Source: Chlorokybus atmophyticus
Lineage: Eukaryota; Plantae; Mesostigma and Chlorokybus algae
Assembly (NCBI GenBank): GCA_009103225.1
Contig: RHPI01000008.1
Span: 548,015 to 612,014 of the forward strand
Length of the DNA stretch: 64,000 nucleotides
Direction: 5' to 3'
Shown here: piece after piece, positions 10,894 to 30,112 of the stretch
How the letters are laid out: each line of letters starts with the position of its first letter
Numbering within the stretch: position 1 is the stretch's first letter
Program-made: the position numbers and the translations under genes
Notes under the pieces: model-generated
The model's input: only the letters and a program-made list of their open reading frames with translations
Told to the model about the DNA's origin: nothing
The model's database searches: none

Positions 10894-13701
10894 ATGCAAG
10901 CGCCAGATTGGCTAGCCGGAGCACCTCCGAGCATTGGTCTTGACATTGGCGGGACTTTATGCAAGATGGTGTATTTTGAGCCAGACAGTTCCCCCACGTC
11001 CAACAACGCAGGTACATCATTTGAACAGGCACACAACCTAGCACACAGTGGTCCTCCAAACGCATTGACGTCTTTTTGTTCTTGGTCACAAAGTCAATGG
11101 TGCGCAAGCATTGTCGAACGGGCGAAAAACACTCGCGCGACTGAGGATACAAGTCAGCACCACTCTAGCTGACTCCACGCTAGACCAGCAAGCTGCATGC
11201 CAAAGGTACCACGCCAAGAAAGCAATCAAGACACAAGGGCAGCACACTCAGACTTGCTTCAGTCGGTGCATTACTAGATGTGAAGCAATGCACCTCATGC
11301 TATGACAAATTTCTTGGGAGTTTGTGTTTTGTGTACGCATGCATTGTAGTATACATTGCTGGGAAGGCGTCACTGATAGGACGCTTGACTAAGCGCCCTT
11401 CCATTACCAAAGCATTGTGAAGTTGCCAGCTTTGCGGTGTAATCAAGACATCTTTGGTGTGTGTATGACCAGCGCCCAAAGCCCCATGCAGTCTGCTGAG
11501 TCCCCTTGCACCACGCCTGACGCCTTGTGGAGCCAAAGCCACCAGCCTATTGTGCTGGAGGGTCGAGGAGTGCTGCATTTCCAGCACTTTGGTACGCTTG
11601 TTATTCTGCAGTATGCTGAGTTGCCTAATCACGCGTATCAGCTGTTGATCTGTCATACTTGCTGGCACAGAAACCTGGAAGATGGATGAGTTCTTACCCA
11701 TTGCAAAGGAACACGCAGGTTTTGCATTTGGCGCGACAGGGTGCGCATCGTTGCTATCATCATGCTATTAGCGCTTGACAGGGAAACCACGCAGTACAGG
11801 CCATGCGCATTGTTCCAACCAGGCAGTAGTGTAACATCTCAGTGCCTTGTAGGGGGGGTGCTCGCAAGTATGAGGAACGCTTCTCAGAGCAGGCCAGAAT
11901 ACACCTGGCACGAACGGACGAGTTAACCTGGTAACAGGTTTTGAACTATCTGACACCAAGCTTGGGTGTTGTCTTTCTATGCGTATTTACATACTGACTG
12001 TTTTGGTTATTGCTGTCGCTTTTCTACAGCCTAATACGTGGCATTGACATGCTGGCATGGCATGCCGTGGGCGATTGCTTCACCTTTCCAACAGGTACAG
12101 ACACCCATCAAGTGGCATGTCAACAAAGTACAGTGTCATCATGGTCCGGTGCACCAGCCAATGCGGCGTATCTGTCTGTCTCAGGCCTTCGCAATGACCC
12201 TTTCGTACCTACAGCTTTCTGCATGTCAATGGCAGGTTCGTACACAGCTGGAGCCGTGCAGAAGCCGTTGCAGTCGACCACTTCCAGCAGTTCCAATGCT
12301 GAAGACACGACAGATGCTTTTGCTGCACAGAATGTGAATCTGGAGTTTCCAGACCAAGTCCTAATTCCTGTTGACATGCATACAGGGCGCCACGGCGCAC
12401 CGTATCCATACCTGGTAAGGGCTGAAGTCCAAACACTTGTACGTGTAGTATCTCACTTTAGCCGTACAGCATTTTGCCGGTTGATCTGCGCACTGACTGC
12501 AATGATGCAAGCACAACTCATGTTACGTCCCTCTCGTGTATAATTGCTTCCCTCCACCAAGCAAGAGAGTTGTTGAACTGGCTCAGTTTGACGAAAGCCA
12601 ACATCCTCTGCGTGCAGGTCGTGAACATTGGGTCAGGAGTCTCCATCCTGCTAGTCACTGGACCAGGTTCATTCTCGCGCGTGGGAGGCTCATCTATAGG
12701 CGGCAGCACGTTTCTTGTAGGTGGCATGGCAACTGCCAATTCAGTGTTTTCCTCATAGATTTGCGTGGCTGCCTTAACCCTCTCAGAATCCGCTTATGCC
12801 CCTCGCCTGGATAATGCTCAAAGTCAATTATCAACAGGGCCTGGCGCATGCGCTGACGGGTTGTGCCTCGTTTTCTGAGGCGTTGGCATTGGCTGCCAGA
12901 GGAGACTCCACTGCTGTGGACATGCTTGTTGGCGACATTTATGGAGGAGATTATGACCAGTTGAGTACAAGAACCAGTCAATGTTGCTGAGGATGCTGAC
13001 CTCGAAGCTGTTGGGCTGTATTCATGAAGCGATGTTTAAATTATGGCCCTGCCCGTAGGTTTGGCTTGGCTGCGACCATTGTAGCATCATCATTTGGCAA
13101 GCTCGTGCGGCCTGAAGCGCGAAAAGATTCTGGTAGCGTCAAAGCACTCTCTTTGGAAACACTCTCACTGCATGGCCCTCGTTCACCTGGGCCCAATGTT
13201 ATACTGACGTGCTTGTTTGCATGCATAATAGCCAACAAGGCGGAGGATTTGGCAAAGTCGGCACTTCTGATGGTCACCAATAATGCAGGTACCTAAGTAA
13301 CAACAGTCGAGGTTTTGCCAGATTCACAAACACAAGTATGACTCAGCCCATAACACACAGGCAGCTTGGCGATGCTGCATGCGCGCGCTGCGGGGGCCCG
13401 CCGCATTCTTTTTGCAGGCAGCTTTTTGCGGCACAACATTCTTGCGATGCGCTTGCTGGCGGTCGCTGTTGAGTTCTGGTCCAAAGGAGATGTGCAGGTG
13501 AATACGACCTGGCTTGCCTGCAATATGCAATGCGTCTGCAGCTTGGATGCAGTATGGATGTGCCCCACAGAAGTATATTGTACAATTGTTGCGGAGGTCA
13601 CGCGTTGCAGCTGACTTTGACTGCTTTGTCAGGCAGTTTTCCTGTGCCATATCGGCCACGCTGGTGCAATTGGAGCACTGCTTAGCACATTAGATAATTA
13701 G
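10894..13701 (+). CDS. PANK: Type II (eukaryotic, fumble-family) pantothenate kinase, kinase domain only; 5' end uncertain
   Basis: [24 protein letters not shown]|ETWKMDEF, spliced ATG|GGARKY, TDELTC|LIRG, YPYL|[77 protein letters not shown], stop TAG at 13701. Confidence 0.92.
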
Positions 13702-13939
13702 TCAAGCTTGCTCGATAGCGCGTTACGCATGTAAGCTTGGCACTGTGGTTTGTCAACAAGCAGATTTCAACACTAGCGAAGCAGCTGACAATCAAGTGCT
13801 ACTCGCACACTCTTTCCCCTGGATTGCGTGTGCAGTTGTGTGCGCTTGGAACAATATGCAAGTGTAGTTGAGATTGTTCCATAGAGATATAGACAAAACT
13901 GTGTACAGGAAGTGTACAGCGGCAGCAGAATATGCACGT

Positions 13940-14100
13940 AATGTATGCAACGTGCACGACACATGCATGGACACTTGACAACAATCACACTCACCTCTAT
14001 CACGACCACCGGGCTAGGTACACACTGCCTACTACTACCTACTTCACTACTCTACTGCCCAACCCTGTCAGTCTGCAAGCATGCATTACCTGCCACATCG
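13940..14100 (-). repeat. Dispersed copy of the 3'-terminal segment of the Penelope-like element family found at 25.7-32.3 kb
   Basis: Core accaccggg at 14005-14013, followed by ctac-rich sequence and ccctgtcagtc, matching the copies at 25808, 27082, 32058, 32227 and 54484. Confidence 0.6.
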
Positions 14101-14352
14101 CCAGTAGAGTCAACCTTGAGTAGGACCACGTTGACGACCACAATGTGTTCGTCTGGGCATTGCCAGCGGAGAGAGTCGCAGCAACACTATCAAGTCAATG
14201 ACAGTTTATGTGCCACAAGTACTGGAAGGCTGTGAAGATTATTATGCCTGGCGCACAAATAGACATCTTGGTCGTGATAACTTTGCAACTTGAAGAGCAT
14301 ACTCTGAGACTGATATGGGCAATTTGAATGCATGCAGACTTGTGCCAAGATA

Positions 14353-14696
14353 ACTGCTCGCAACAAGCGCTTGTTCAAAGACAGATGTGGGCCGTACAGT
14401 CGCGTGGCCAAAAGGCGCAAGTGTTTGAATGTCCATACGCGGCTTCTTTCCCTCCAGGCGCCTTGTGTGAATGCTGCAGAGGGTGCAGAGGCCCTTGCCG
14501 GTGAGAGTCCTCTGCACCATCGAGATCTACACGCCTACCAGATGACGCGGCGGAGCGGACCGCTTCAAGCACTCTTAGTCTGTGCTGCAAAGGGTGCAGC
14601 TCGACCTTGAAGGCAAGGACATGGTCAAGCAGGCTACAAGCCTTGACAACCGAGTCAGAGGTATGAGGGTTGGGCCATGGATCTAGGGAGCCTGCA
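14353..14696 (+). pseudogene. Decayed partial duplicate of the SMG1 3' end (last intron part, pre-FATC and FATC exons)
   Basis: Colinear with 24437-24931 (actgctcgcaacaag, aatgctgcagaggg, cctctgcaccatc, cggcggagcggaccgcttcaagcactct, ttgacaacc, ccatggatctag). Carries a 2-nt deletion, a CAG>TAG stop and an internal deletion of about 150 bp. Confidence 0.88.
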
Positions 14697-14886
14697 ACTT
14701 GATTTGCTGATGAATATTGCTCGATCCTTACCACCATCTCGTCACCTGCTGCTCACGACGCCTGCCTCTGTTGCCTCACGTCCTTTCATGCTCCGTCATG
14801 GCCACCTCCGCCCAGCTGACATCAGTCCGTGGCGTGCATGGCATCCACCTCAATTACCAGCGAGCCACGGGCGCCCACATGGTGAG

Positions 14887-16284
14887 TTAGTTGACCAGCC
14901 ATGCTTGCCCTGATTTCAGTATGAAGAACTCGTGCGCCTTTGTGGGCAGCTCCAGTCGCTGAATCCTCTCGTCCACATGCTCAGCTATGACAAAACAAAC
15001 TGCAACCACGACCAGTGAGTTGACTGTGACATCATCAAGGAGGACACGTAATAAACAATGTACACATGCATACCGACATGGGCGTCGCACAAGACCGCCT
15101 CTTGTATGAGTGCCTCCGCCAAAGCATACCGCTCACCAGCCTGTCATGCACACAGTAACCATTGAATCACAATCACCTACTCACCAGCATCCGCAGCATT
15201 AGACCTCACCAACCTTGGTGACAAATCGCAGTTGAGTCAGATCTTGGGCATTGAGCCTTTCTTCTAGTTCAACAGTGTTGGCTCTGAAAGCCAAGAGCTC
15301 CTGGTACTTGCCTAAGTGGCGTTCACTTTTAACAATGATCAAGCAAGACCCGACATGCAACCTAGGGTCTGCGCTGGGGGGGAGTTTGACGAGCGCCATG
15401 CCGTCGAACTGAGCCTCATCATCACCCCTGACGCACAGCCTGGCATCATACACCATTGATCCAATAACACGCGCTTGAGCATGATGGAATGATGGAATGA
15501 TGGAAAAACAGCTTGCAACATGTCATGCATTGCTGAGTGTTCGTTGCCGGTCTCAACGCCTTCCTTGGTAAACCTGGCTTGTAGCTTAGCAAGTGTGCCC
15601 GATCGCTCCACAATTGGGACATAAGTTGCTCCATCTTCCAAGTCCAGGAAGTCCCAAACTGGCAAAGGCTCGACTCCCACTATGACAAGTGCACTGACCC
15701 CCGAAAACTTCAAAAACCTGAACACATGTCCTTGCGAATCCCACTTTTGGGGATACAAAGTGCCATTGGATCGAATAAACCGTTTTGGTCCGGTCATGCA
15801 AAGTCTGGAAGCTATGGTACATGTTGCAATGCAACATGTACCATAGCTTTCAGTTCTTGTCGTCATCAAAGGCAACCTTACACAACGAACATGTCATGAG
15901 CGCGTTACCTACATGCAGCAGACTCACGTCCAACTTCTAAATCGCGGTGCCTTGGATAGCCAATGCACAAAGCTCATCCAGATCTCTGTCCTTCTTTATC
16001 AGAACTACCTGTGGCATGTCAGTGGCACGTTGTCGCCGGACCCAAACGCTTGCCTTGTTCGATGGCCTGACAAGCAACACAAAAACAACGCACGCATGCA
16101 AAGCACTGTGAGATAAATGCGCGTACACGCTTGTGTGGTACAGCAACTGTGCATTTGTACTTACTTACTTTCTTGGCTTTGCAGCTTGCACTGGAGGCAA
16201 CCGCGGTTTGACTGCAGTTGGCAATCGCAAGGCCGCAAAGCGATGCGCGCGTGTGACAGTGAACTGGGCAACCTGCGTCAACAT
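14887..16284 (-). pseudogene. Spliced hypothetical gene with transit-peptide-like N-terminus and possible PD-(D/E)xK-type C-terminal domain, frameshifted
   Basis: Phase-consistent GT-AG exons: MLTQVAQFTVTRAHRFAALRLPTAVKPRLPPVQAAKPRK|PSNKASVWVRRQRATDMPQVVLIKKDRDLDEL; ...LDLEDGATYVPIV...; ...QFDGMALV...CLIIVKS...FVTK|AGERYALAEAL...|VCFVIAEH...LKSGQAWLVN*. The frame is broken by a third copy of an 8-bp unit at 15481-15504. The exon 2/3 junction is unresolved. Confidence 0.55.
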
Positions 16285-17008
16285 GTTTCACCGCTGCGCT
16301 GGGTCTTTCTTGCAACCCTGCGCATTGTTGGCTCGGTTGATGGTGATGGTGATGATGACACTGATTATGCACGTGCTGAATTCGACAGCAACATTTAACT
16401 ACAAGGACGAGCGCATGCATGCCACAAATCATCAACCATGCAGTGTGCATGTGAGGCTGCGAATCTAGATCTGCAGAAGAGGCGTGCGCATCTCAGCGTG
16501 TACGAGCAAGTAGATTAACCAGTATCGCAGTTGCGTGTGTGCGTGCATGTGCTAAGGCAGTAGTTATGAGACGAGACAGCTTGTCGTGCCAGGCGGGGAC
16601 AGAACAGCTGCCCGCGTGCTACAATGCAGCAGTCTTGGCATGCAAATCAAGCATAACAACATATTCACCTGCACAGCAGGTAAGGCAGAGGTGTAGGCGA
16701 CGACAGATCAGCAGCCTGCCCGAACGCTCCCGCCTACGCCTACGCCCCCGCCGCCGCCGTCCAAGACTTTTACAGCACTATCGCTATTCTACAGACATCC
16801 GCCCACACGCACATATGGGCATGCTGGGCAGGATGAATGGTGGCGGCGGCGGTGACGACGACCCGGTGTCGCCGTCCAGCACACCCACACGCAAGCAACG
16901 TCGGGCAGGCTATGCACAACAACTGAACATGGTCGGCTAGTCCTCCTCGGATGATGATGATGATGGTTATGACCATGATGATGTTGATCTGCACGTAAGG
17001 CGGCAAGG

Positions 17009-24921
<7,913 letters not shown>

Positions 24922-25739
24922 ACAGCCTGCATCATACTACTTTGCCTGAACCTATGACTGCACCTGAACTGTGCACGTGTCGATTCACACAGGCACCTCC
25001 ACGAACAGGTAACATCCTCTCCTTCTCTGCAGCTTGCTTGATGACTATGACTGAAGGGTGCTTATGGCTGCTTAACGCTGGTGTATGCAGATGTGATGAC
25101 GAACGTGTCCTCAAGTGGTGTGGACGACGTGTCCCATTGTGTATGTGTCTAGCTAGGTGCCACGTTCAGTCTATGAACACACGATGGGCGCTGTCTGAGT
25201 TGCGCAAGTGGTTTGTATAGTGTCTGATCTTGTGTTGCTACTTCATCGGTACAGTCAAATTGCTGTGCCCCCGGGCAGTCTGCATCATGCACACTGCTAA
25301 GCATATGTACACCGTATCAGTGCGACACAAGCCACTAGAACAGTCAACCTCCTCAGATAAATGTACATGTTAAGTACAGCGCCAGTCGCTCACTACAAGT
25401 AGTAACACCACACTTATTGCAACCATCACACAGTTGCTCTGCGCACCATATATTGTTACCCACACGTGCAATGGTCAGTCACATGCAGCATTGCATATAT
25501 ACTACACATGCAGACCGTCCACTCCACGTTGTTGTCCACTGCCACGTCCTTAGTGCGTCACAGCGGCGGTGCTGACACGACGGCTGCCACACAGGCAGTG
25601 CTCCAGCGCCATCACTGGCGTGTCCTGATGTCACCGCTGTATCGTTGCCGTCATTGTCAGCATCACCCTGCTGCCGCTGCTTGCACTTAGCTACGAAGCC
25701 CCTAGCTAGCCTCCTGGTGTATACAGAAAATTCAAGTGA

Positions 25740-26670
25740 TCATGATACATGCAACATGCATAACACGTGCATTGATCACAAAGCTCACCATCATGCAATG
25801 ATTATCTACCACCGGGGTCTACCTGTACTAGCCACGTAGCTATTGCAACTACTGCCTTCAACCCCCATCAGACATACATGCGTGTGCTCATTACCTGCAC
25901 GCGTGTGCAGTCAGTTGGTCTTGCAGTTCTTCGCAGCAGCAGCCAGGAGCATGCGCAGCAGACGAACTCCCACTCCCCCTCTCTCTCCCGTTCTCCTTCA
26001 TTCACAGCCTCACTCCCGCCATTCCCACGCCCCTCAGCCCCGCCCCTCCGCCCCGCTCTTGCGCCCTGCCCTGTCGGCAGTGGTGCTGTCGTACTTGCAG
26101 CTGCTGTATGTGCCGGTTAGGCGCTGCCAGTGGGGTTAGGTGGTGGGGTTGGCCTATCGTCGCCGTAGCATGGGCAAGCTGCACTACCAACAGCCTGCTC
26201 CCCATGCATGTGTGACGTCCTTCAGTCCTTGTGCAGTATGCATCTGTCGCCGCAGCTTCTTCACCACTGTCATGTACAGTAGCTTTGGTGGTGTACAGTA
26301 CACATACGCATCACTTCGTCCCAGCCTTTGCCGCAACTACGCCAGCAGCTTCTTTATCGGGTAGCCATCGCTTTGCATGGCCGCCAGCAGTTCCGCCATA
26401 GCCGCCACGAAGTGGGCCTTGTACGTACACACGCGGACAAAGCGTGCGTACTGCGAGACGATGACGCCTTAATTTTGTGGTGGACGGCGTGTTTGAGGTC
26501 GGCAGCGGTGCTCTGTGGCGTGGTATGGCGTGCTAGGCTGGCGACTGCTGATTGCTGTACATATCGCATCAGCAATTAACGTGGTGATGATGCATCAACA
26601 ATACGTTCATGCATCAACATATTGCACCAACAATCTGCTGCCCAGCTGCTCGCTTGTTTTGTGCAGCGAT
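25740..26670 (-). mobile_element. 5'-truncated, decayed Penelope-like retroelement (RT C-terminal/thumb remnant plus 3' repeat)
   Basis: Minus strand, correcting one extra A: PLPTSNTPSTTKL-GVIVSQYARFVRVCTYKAHFVAAMAELLAAMQSDGYPIKKLLA*LRQRLGRSDAYVYCTPPKLLYMTVVKKL. This fits the PLE pattern SNxPxxxKxG(V/I)xxSQxxR(F/Y)xRxC...F...L...GYP. A purine-rich 3' region and the CCCGGTGGT core follow. Confidence 0.68.
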
Positions 26671-26984
26671 CAACAACTGTGGCAGTGGCTTCGGCTGTAG
26701 TGGTTGAGTCGGCCGTGCACGCAACCAGGGCTGCAAGTAAGCGATTCAGTACAGTGCACGCCCCCCTGACCCCGCTCCCCCACCAAACGGGGGGTATATT
26801 ATACATGTGACGTACGAAGTATGTCCACTATACGTTATGCACGTTTGCATGGATGCACTGTGGATGTAGCACGTTGGTGCTGTTTATAGCAACTGACTTG
26901 TTTGTTCTGCTTCAACATCCGTCATCAAGTAAGGCCGGCTGCACACGCCATGTACATGTGTACGGGGTGCTGTATCATACATGT

Positions 26985-27760
26985 TCAAGGCGTATAATAT
27001 AGTATGCAAGGATTGTGGCATGCATGAGAATGTAGCAAACATGCATGCAGTCCGCACACTACACCATCGCACTCTTATATTCACCACCGGGATGTCCAAG
27101 TTCACTACTTATCTACCTTGACTACTGCCCATACCCCGTGCAACACACATGCATGCACGTGTATTTACCTGTACAACACGACCAGGGCAGCGTTAACAAC
27201 GGTAGTCAGCAGATGTAGCGGTGCAGCAGTGGCAATGCAGTCAGCAGGCAGCCCATGAGTTCCCTTCCCCTCCCTCTCCCTTCCTCCTTCCCCTATGTCT
27301 CCCTCTCTCTCTTCCTCCCCCTCCTGCTCCTCTCCCTCCTCCGCCTCTATCTCCCTCCGCTCCTCCTTCTCTTCTCTTCGGCCGCAGTCGCTGCGACTCG
27401 CAATCCTCGGCGCTGCTGATGTGGCAGGGCCCCTCTCCCCGCCCCTCTGCCCTGTCTCCCTCTGGCACACGCATGCAGGGCGACTGCTAGCACTGTCAGC
27501 CCTGCGTTGCGCAGTGTCGCTGTTGACGGTTAGGTGTCGGTGGTGGGGTTGGGTGGTGGGGTTGGTGTCCTCCTTCGTTCGCACGGGCACGCTGTGTTAC
27601 CAACAGCCTGCTCCCCATGCAGTGCATCTGTCGCTCATCACCGGTAGTGCTGCTGCAAGTACTTGACCACCATCATGTAGAGCAGCATTGGTGCTGTGCA
27701 GTAGACGTATGCATCTGTCTTTGACATTCTTTGTCGCAGCGTCGCGTTTGCATGCGCACT
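26985..27760 (-). mobile_element. Second, tandem, more truncated copy of the same Penelope-like 3' segment
   Basis: Minus-strand peptide LRQRMSKTDAYVYCTAPMLLYMMVVKYL matches copy 1. Exact 24-mer taccaacagcctgctccccatgca at 26185-26208 and 27598-27621. Same polypurine tract and caccaccggg core (27082). Confidence 0.7.
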
Positions 27761-28451
27761 CAGTTGGTACACATGCACATTCACATGCACAGCAGCCGCT
27801 CACCACAGCCATCATCACATTCAAGTTACCACCGCCAGGCTATATGCTCTGTCAACTCAACCTATCTACCCCGCATGCCCCTCAACAGCAAGAACTCACT
27901 GTAATACCTGCACAGCGGCTGTGGTCCGGCCAGCCCTTGTAGCGGCAACAAAAACAGTGGTGCACTCGACGGACTCCTCCACCCCCGCTCCCACCCCCAC
28001 CGTCACCAATTCGACGGCACGCCTGTGTACATTTATTAGTGGATATGCGTATTGAGTAAGGCAACGGCAAGGCTCCAAACCAGCATGACAACATCTGCTC
28101 AAAGACGCTCAATGTAGTTGCCACAGTCCTGCGGGTGTGATGTACAGTTGCAATGAGGAGTGCCTTGCGCACAATTAACTCACGGACATCAGTAATGTTA
28201 GCCAACAGTCTACATGACATTGAAACAAGGAAGACAAGCATGCAACTGCGGGTTGTTGTGCCTACCAAGCCACATCAGACGATTAACATGATATAACTAC
28301 CACAACATTACATACACTGGAAGCTGACACACAGTGAATAGAATGTGTTCACCCATGAGTGCAATGCATGTCGCTTGTATGTCTCGGCACACGATGCATG
28401 CCGCCATAGTAGCACACCCCTTTAGTACACAATCAGCTATCTGAGGTGTTA

Positions 28452-28931
28452 CTACTTTAGCCCTGTGAGATACATCAGGCTCACGTCAACCGTTTCAAAC
28501 GGTTTGGCAAAGTACACCATGGCTTCTCGGAAGGCCTTTGAGGTGTCCGTCAAGGCCTTGCGCTGACTCATAAGAGTCTCTTGAAGGCCATGGCGGCTGT
28601 CATTGAGACCAGAGCGCTTCCCAATTAGGTCATCCACTTGTTCTTTGAGCGCAACGATCTTAGATCGTTGGGCAGTGCCCATCGACCTTGGGCACCCGAT
28701 AACGGTTTCGTCGCAAATCTTACTCGATGACTGACTAAGGACTGAAGGCCTGACGGGTGCCTGAGCCTGCCTGAGCCTGCCTGAAATGTTACTTTTGGAC
28801 GGTTGGGTTTGCCGTTGGCTTGAGTGGACTGACGCAGACGGCCGCGGGCCGAAAGTGGTTGTCAGTGGCACTGACCGGCCGAGAGCTGTCAACCAGTTAC
28901 CCTTTGGCCGATGTGCACAAATGGCCGTCAC
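28452..28931 (-). CDS. Hypothetical 159-aa ORF with coiled-coil-like C-terminal half, inside the TE cluster
   Basis: Open frame ...SKIVALKEQVDDLIGKRSGLNDSRHGLQETLMSQRKALTDTSKAFREAM...; starts at GTG; no family recognised. Confidence 0.3.
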   Translation of the reverse strand: MTAICAHRPKGNWLTALGRSVPLTTTFGPRPSASVHSSQRQTQPSKSNISGRLRQAQAPVRPSVLSQSSSKICDETVIGCPRSMGTAQRSKIVALKEQVDDLIGKRSGLNDSRHGLQETLMSQRKALTDTSKAFREAMVYFAKPFETVDVSLMYLTGLK

Positions 28932-28980
28932 GGTCCATAACTATCGGCTAACGGTTAGCCGGTAGTTACGGACAGCTGAC
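28927..28980. other. Near-perfect palindrome / hairpin
   Basis: Arms 28933-28952 gtccataactatcggctaac and 28954-28973 gttagccggtagttacggac (18/20 match; the two mismatches would be G-U pairs in the minus-strand RNA), extendable to 28927-28980. A smaller hairpin gtcagtg-g-cactgac lies at 28861-28875. Confidence 0.85.
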
Positions 28981-29288
28981 AGCAATAGCCGGCAGTTTCT
29001 TTGCCGTTACACTGCTGTTAATATGTGACCCTTACCGTTTGACAAAAGTTGGCAATTCTTGCCGTAAGCCAACAGCAACATGCCATGCAGCTTGCACAAA
29101 CCTTGGACTGATTGTTTGGTGTTGCAACTATAAGCCCACAATATATACAATGTACCGGCAGTGGTGAAAGTATGTCCACTTGCAACTGAGCAGCCGACTT
29201 GCGCATGAAACTACCCTATAACATTGAGTCTAGCTGTCGCACTCATGCGCAGTTTGTCAACCCGTGGTGCCTGCCTCAGAACTTCTCC

Positions 29289-29740
29289 TCAAACCCCCTC
29301 CTCCTGTTCCTCTTCCGACAAGTCTTCTGCTTCAACATCGGAGTCATCTTCATCTGCTGCCTCGCTCGCTAACAGTACAGCGGCTATTTCGTCCTTCAGC
29401 TTGAATGTCAGCGCCTCGCCGTGCACGCGCATGCACTTGATGGTCGCTTTAAGAGTGACCACCTGCATTTGGTAATGCTGTAAGAGTGGCGTGCTGCCAG
29501 AGGACTAGCCCATCAGCATACACATGCTTACCTCGTCTTCCGCTTTGTTGCACTCCGCCAGGCAAACAGTCAGCCTGCCGCGCTGCTCTCGGTTTACTCT
29601 GACCAACATGGCAATCTGCAAGCATACTGCTTAATTGCCGCTGGAAACATTAAACTAGGTCATGGATGACCCGTTCGTGGTACTCCGCAGCTTCTCTTTT
29701 GCGGCTTGTGAGCTCCCGCAAGTAGAAATAGGCTGTGCAT
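29289..29740 (-). pseudogene. 3' part of a spliced coiled-coil/acidic-tail gene lacking an identifiable 5' end
   Basis: Three phase-compatible GT-AG exons: YFYLRELTSRKREAAEYHERVIHDL|IAMLVRVNREQRGRLTVCLAECNKAEDE|VVTLKATIKCMRVHGEALTFKLKDEIAAVLLASEAADEDDSDVEAEDLSEEEQEEGV*. Confidence 0.5.
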
Positions 29741-30112
29741 TTGCGAGACTGGCCATGCTGTTCATGTGCATGACACTAGAGGCTGTGCATGAGGGTGTGC
29801 ATGTGGTATTGACAGTGTATGTCATGTGCAAGATACTTGAGGCTGTGCATGTGCAAGATAAAAGAACCCTAGCATGTGGCATTGTCAGTGCATCGTAACC
29901 CACCTTGGTTATGCCAGTCTGTTTGGTCCCTTAAATCATGTCGCCGTGGTCGCAGCTGCTGGTGGGTCGGATGTTCTTAGAGGCAGTATCGTGGTGTGCC
30001 TTTGCCCACTCGAAGGGGGAGCCCCGTAAGATATCGCCCGAGTCACTGTTGTCATGGGCTGTGCCCTTGGTAGGCATGGTGGGGGTTTAACACCAAGGAC
30101 ACCCCTCCGGCA

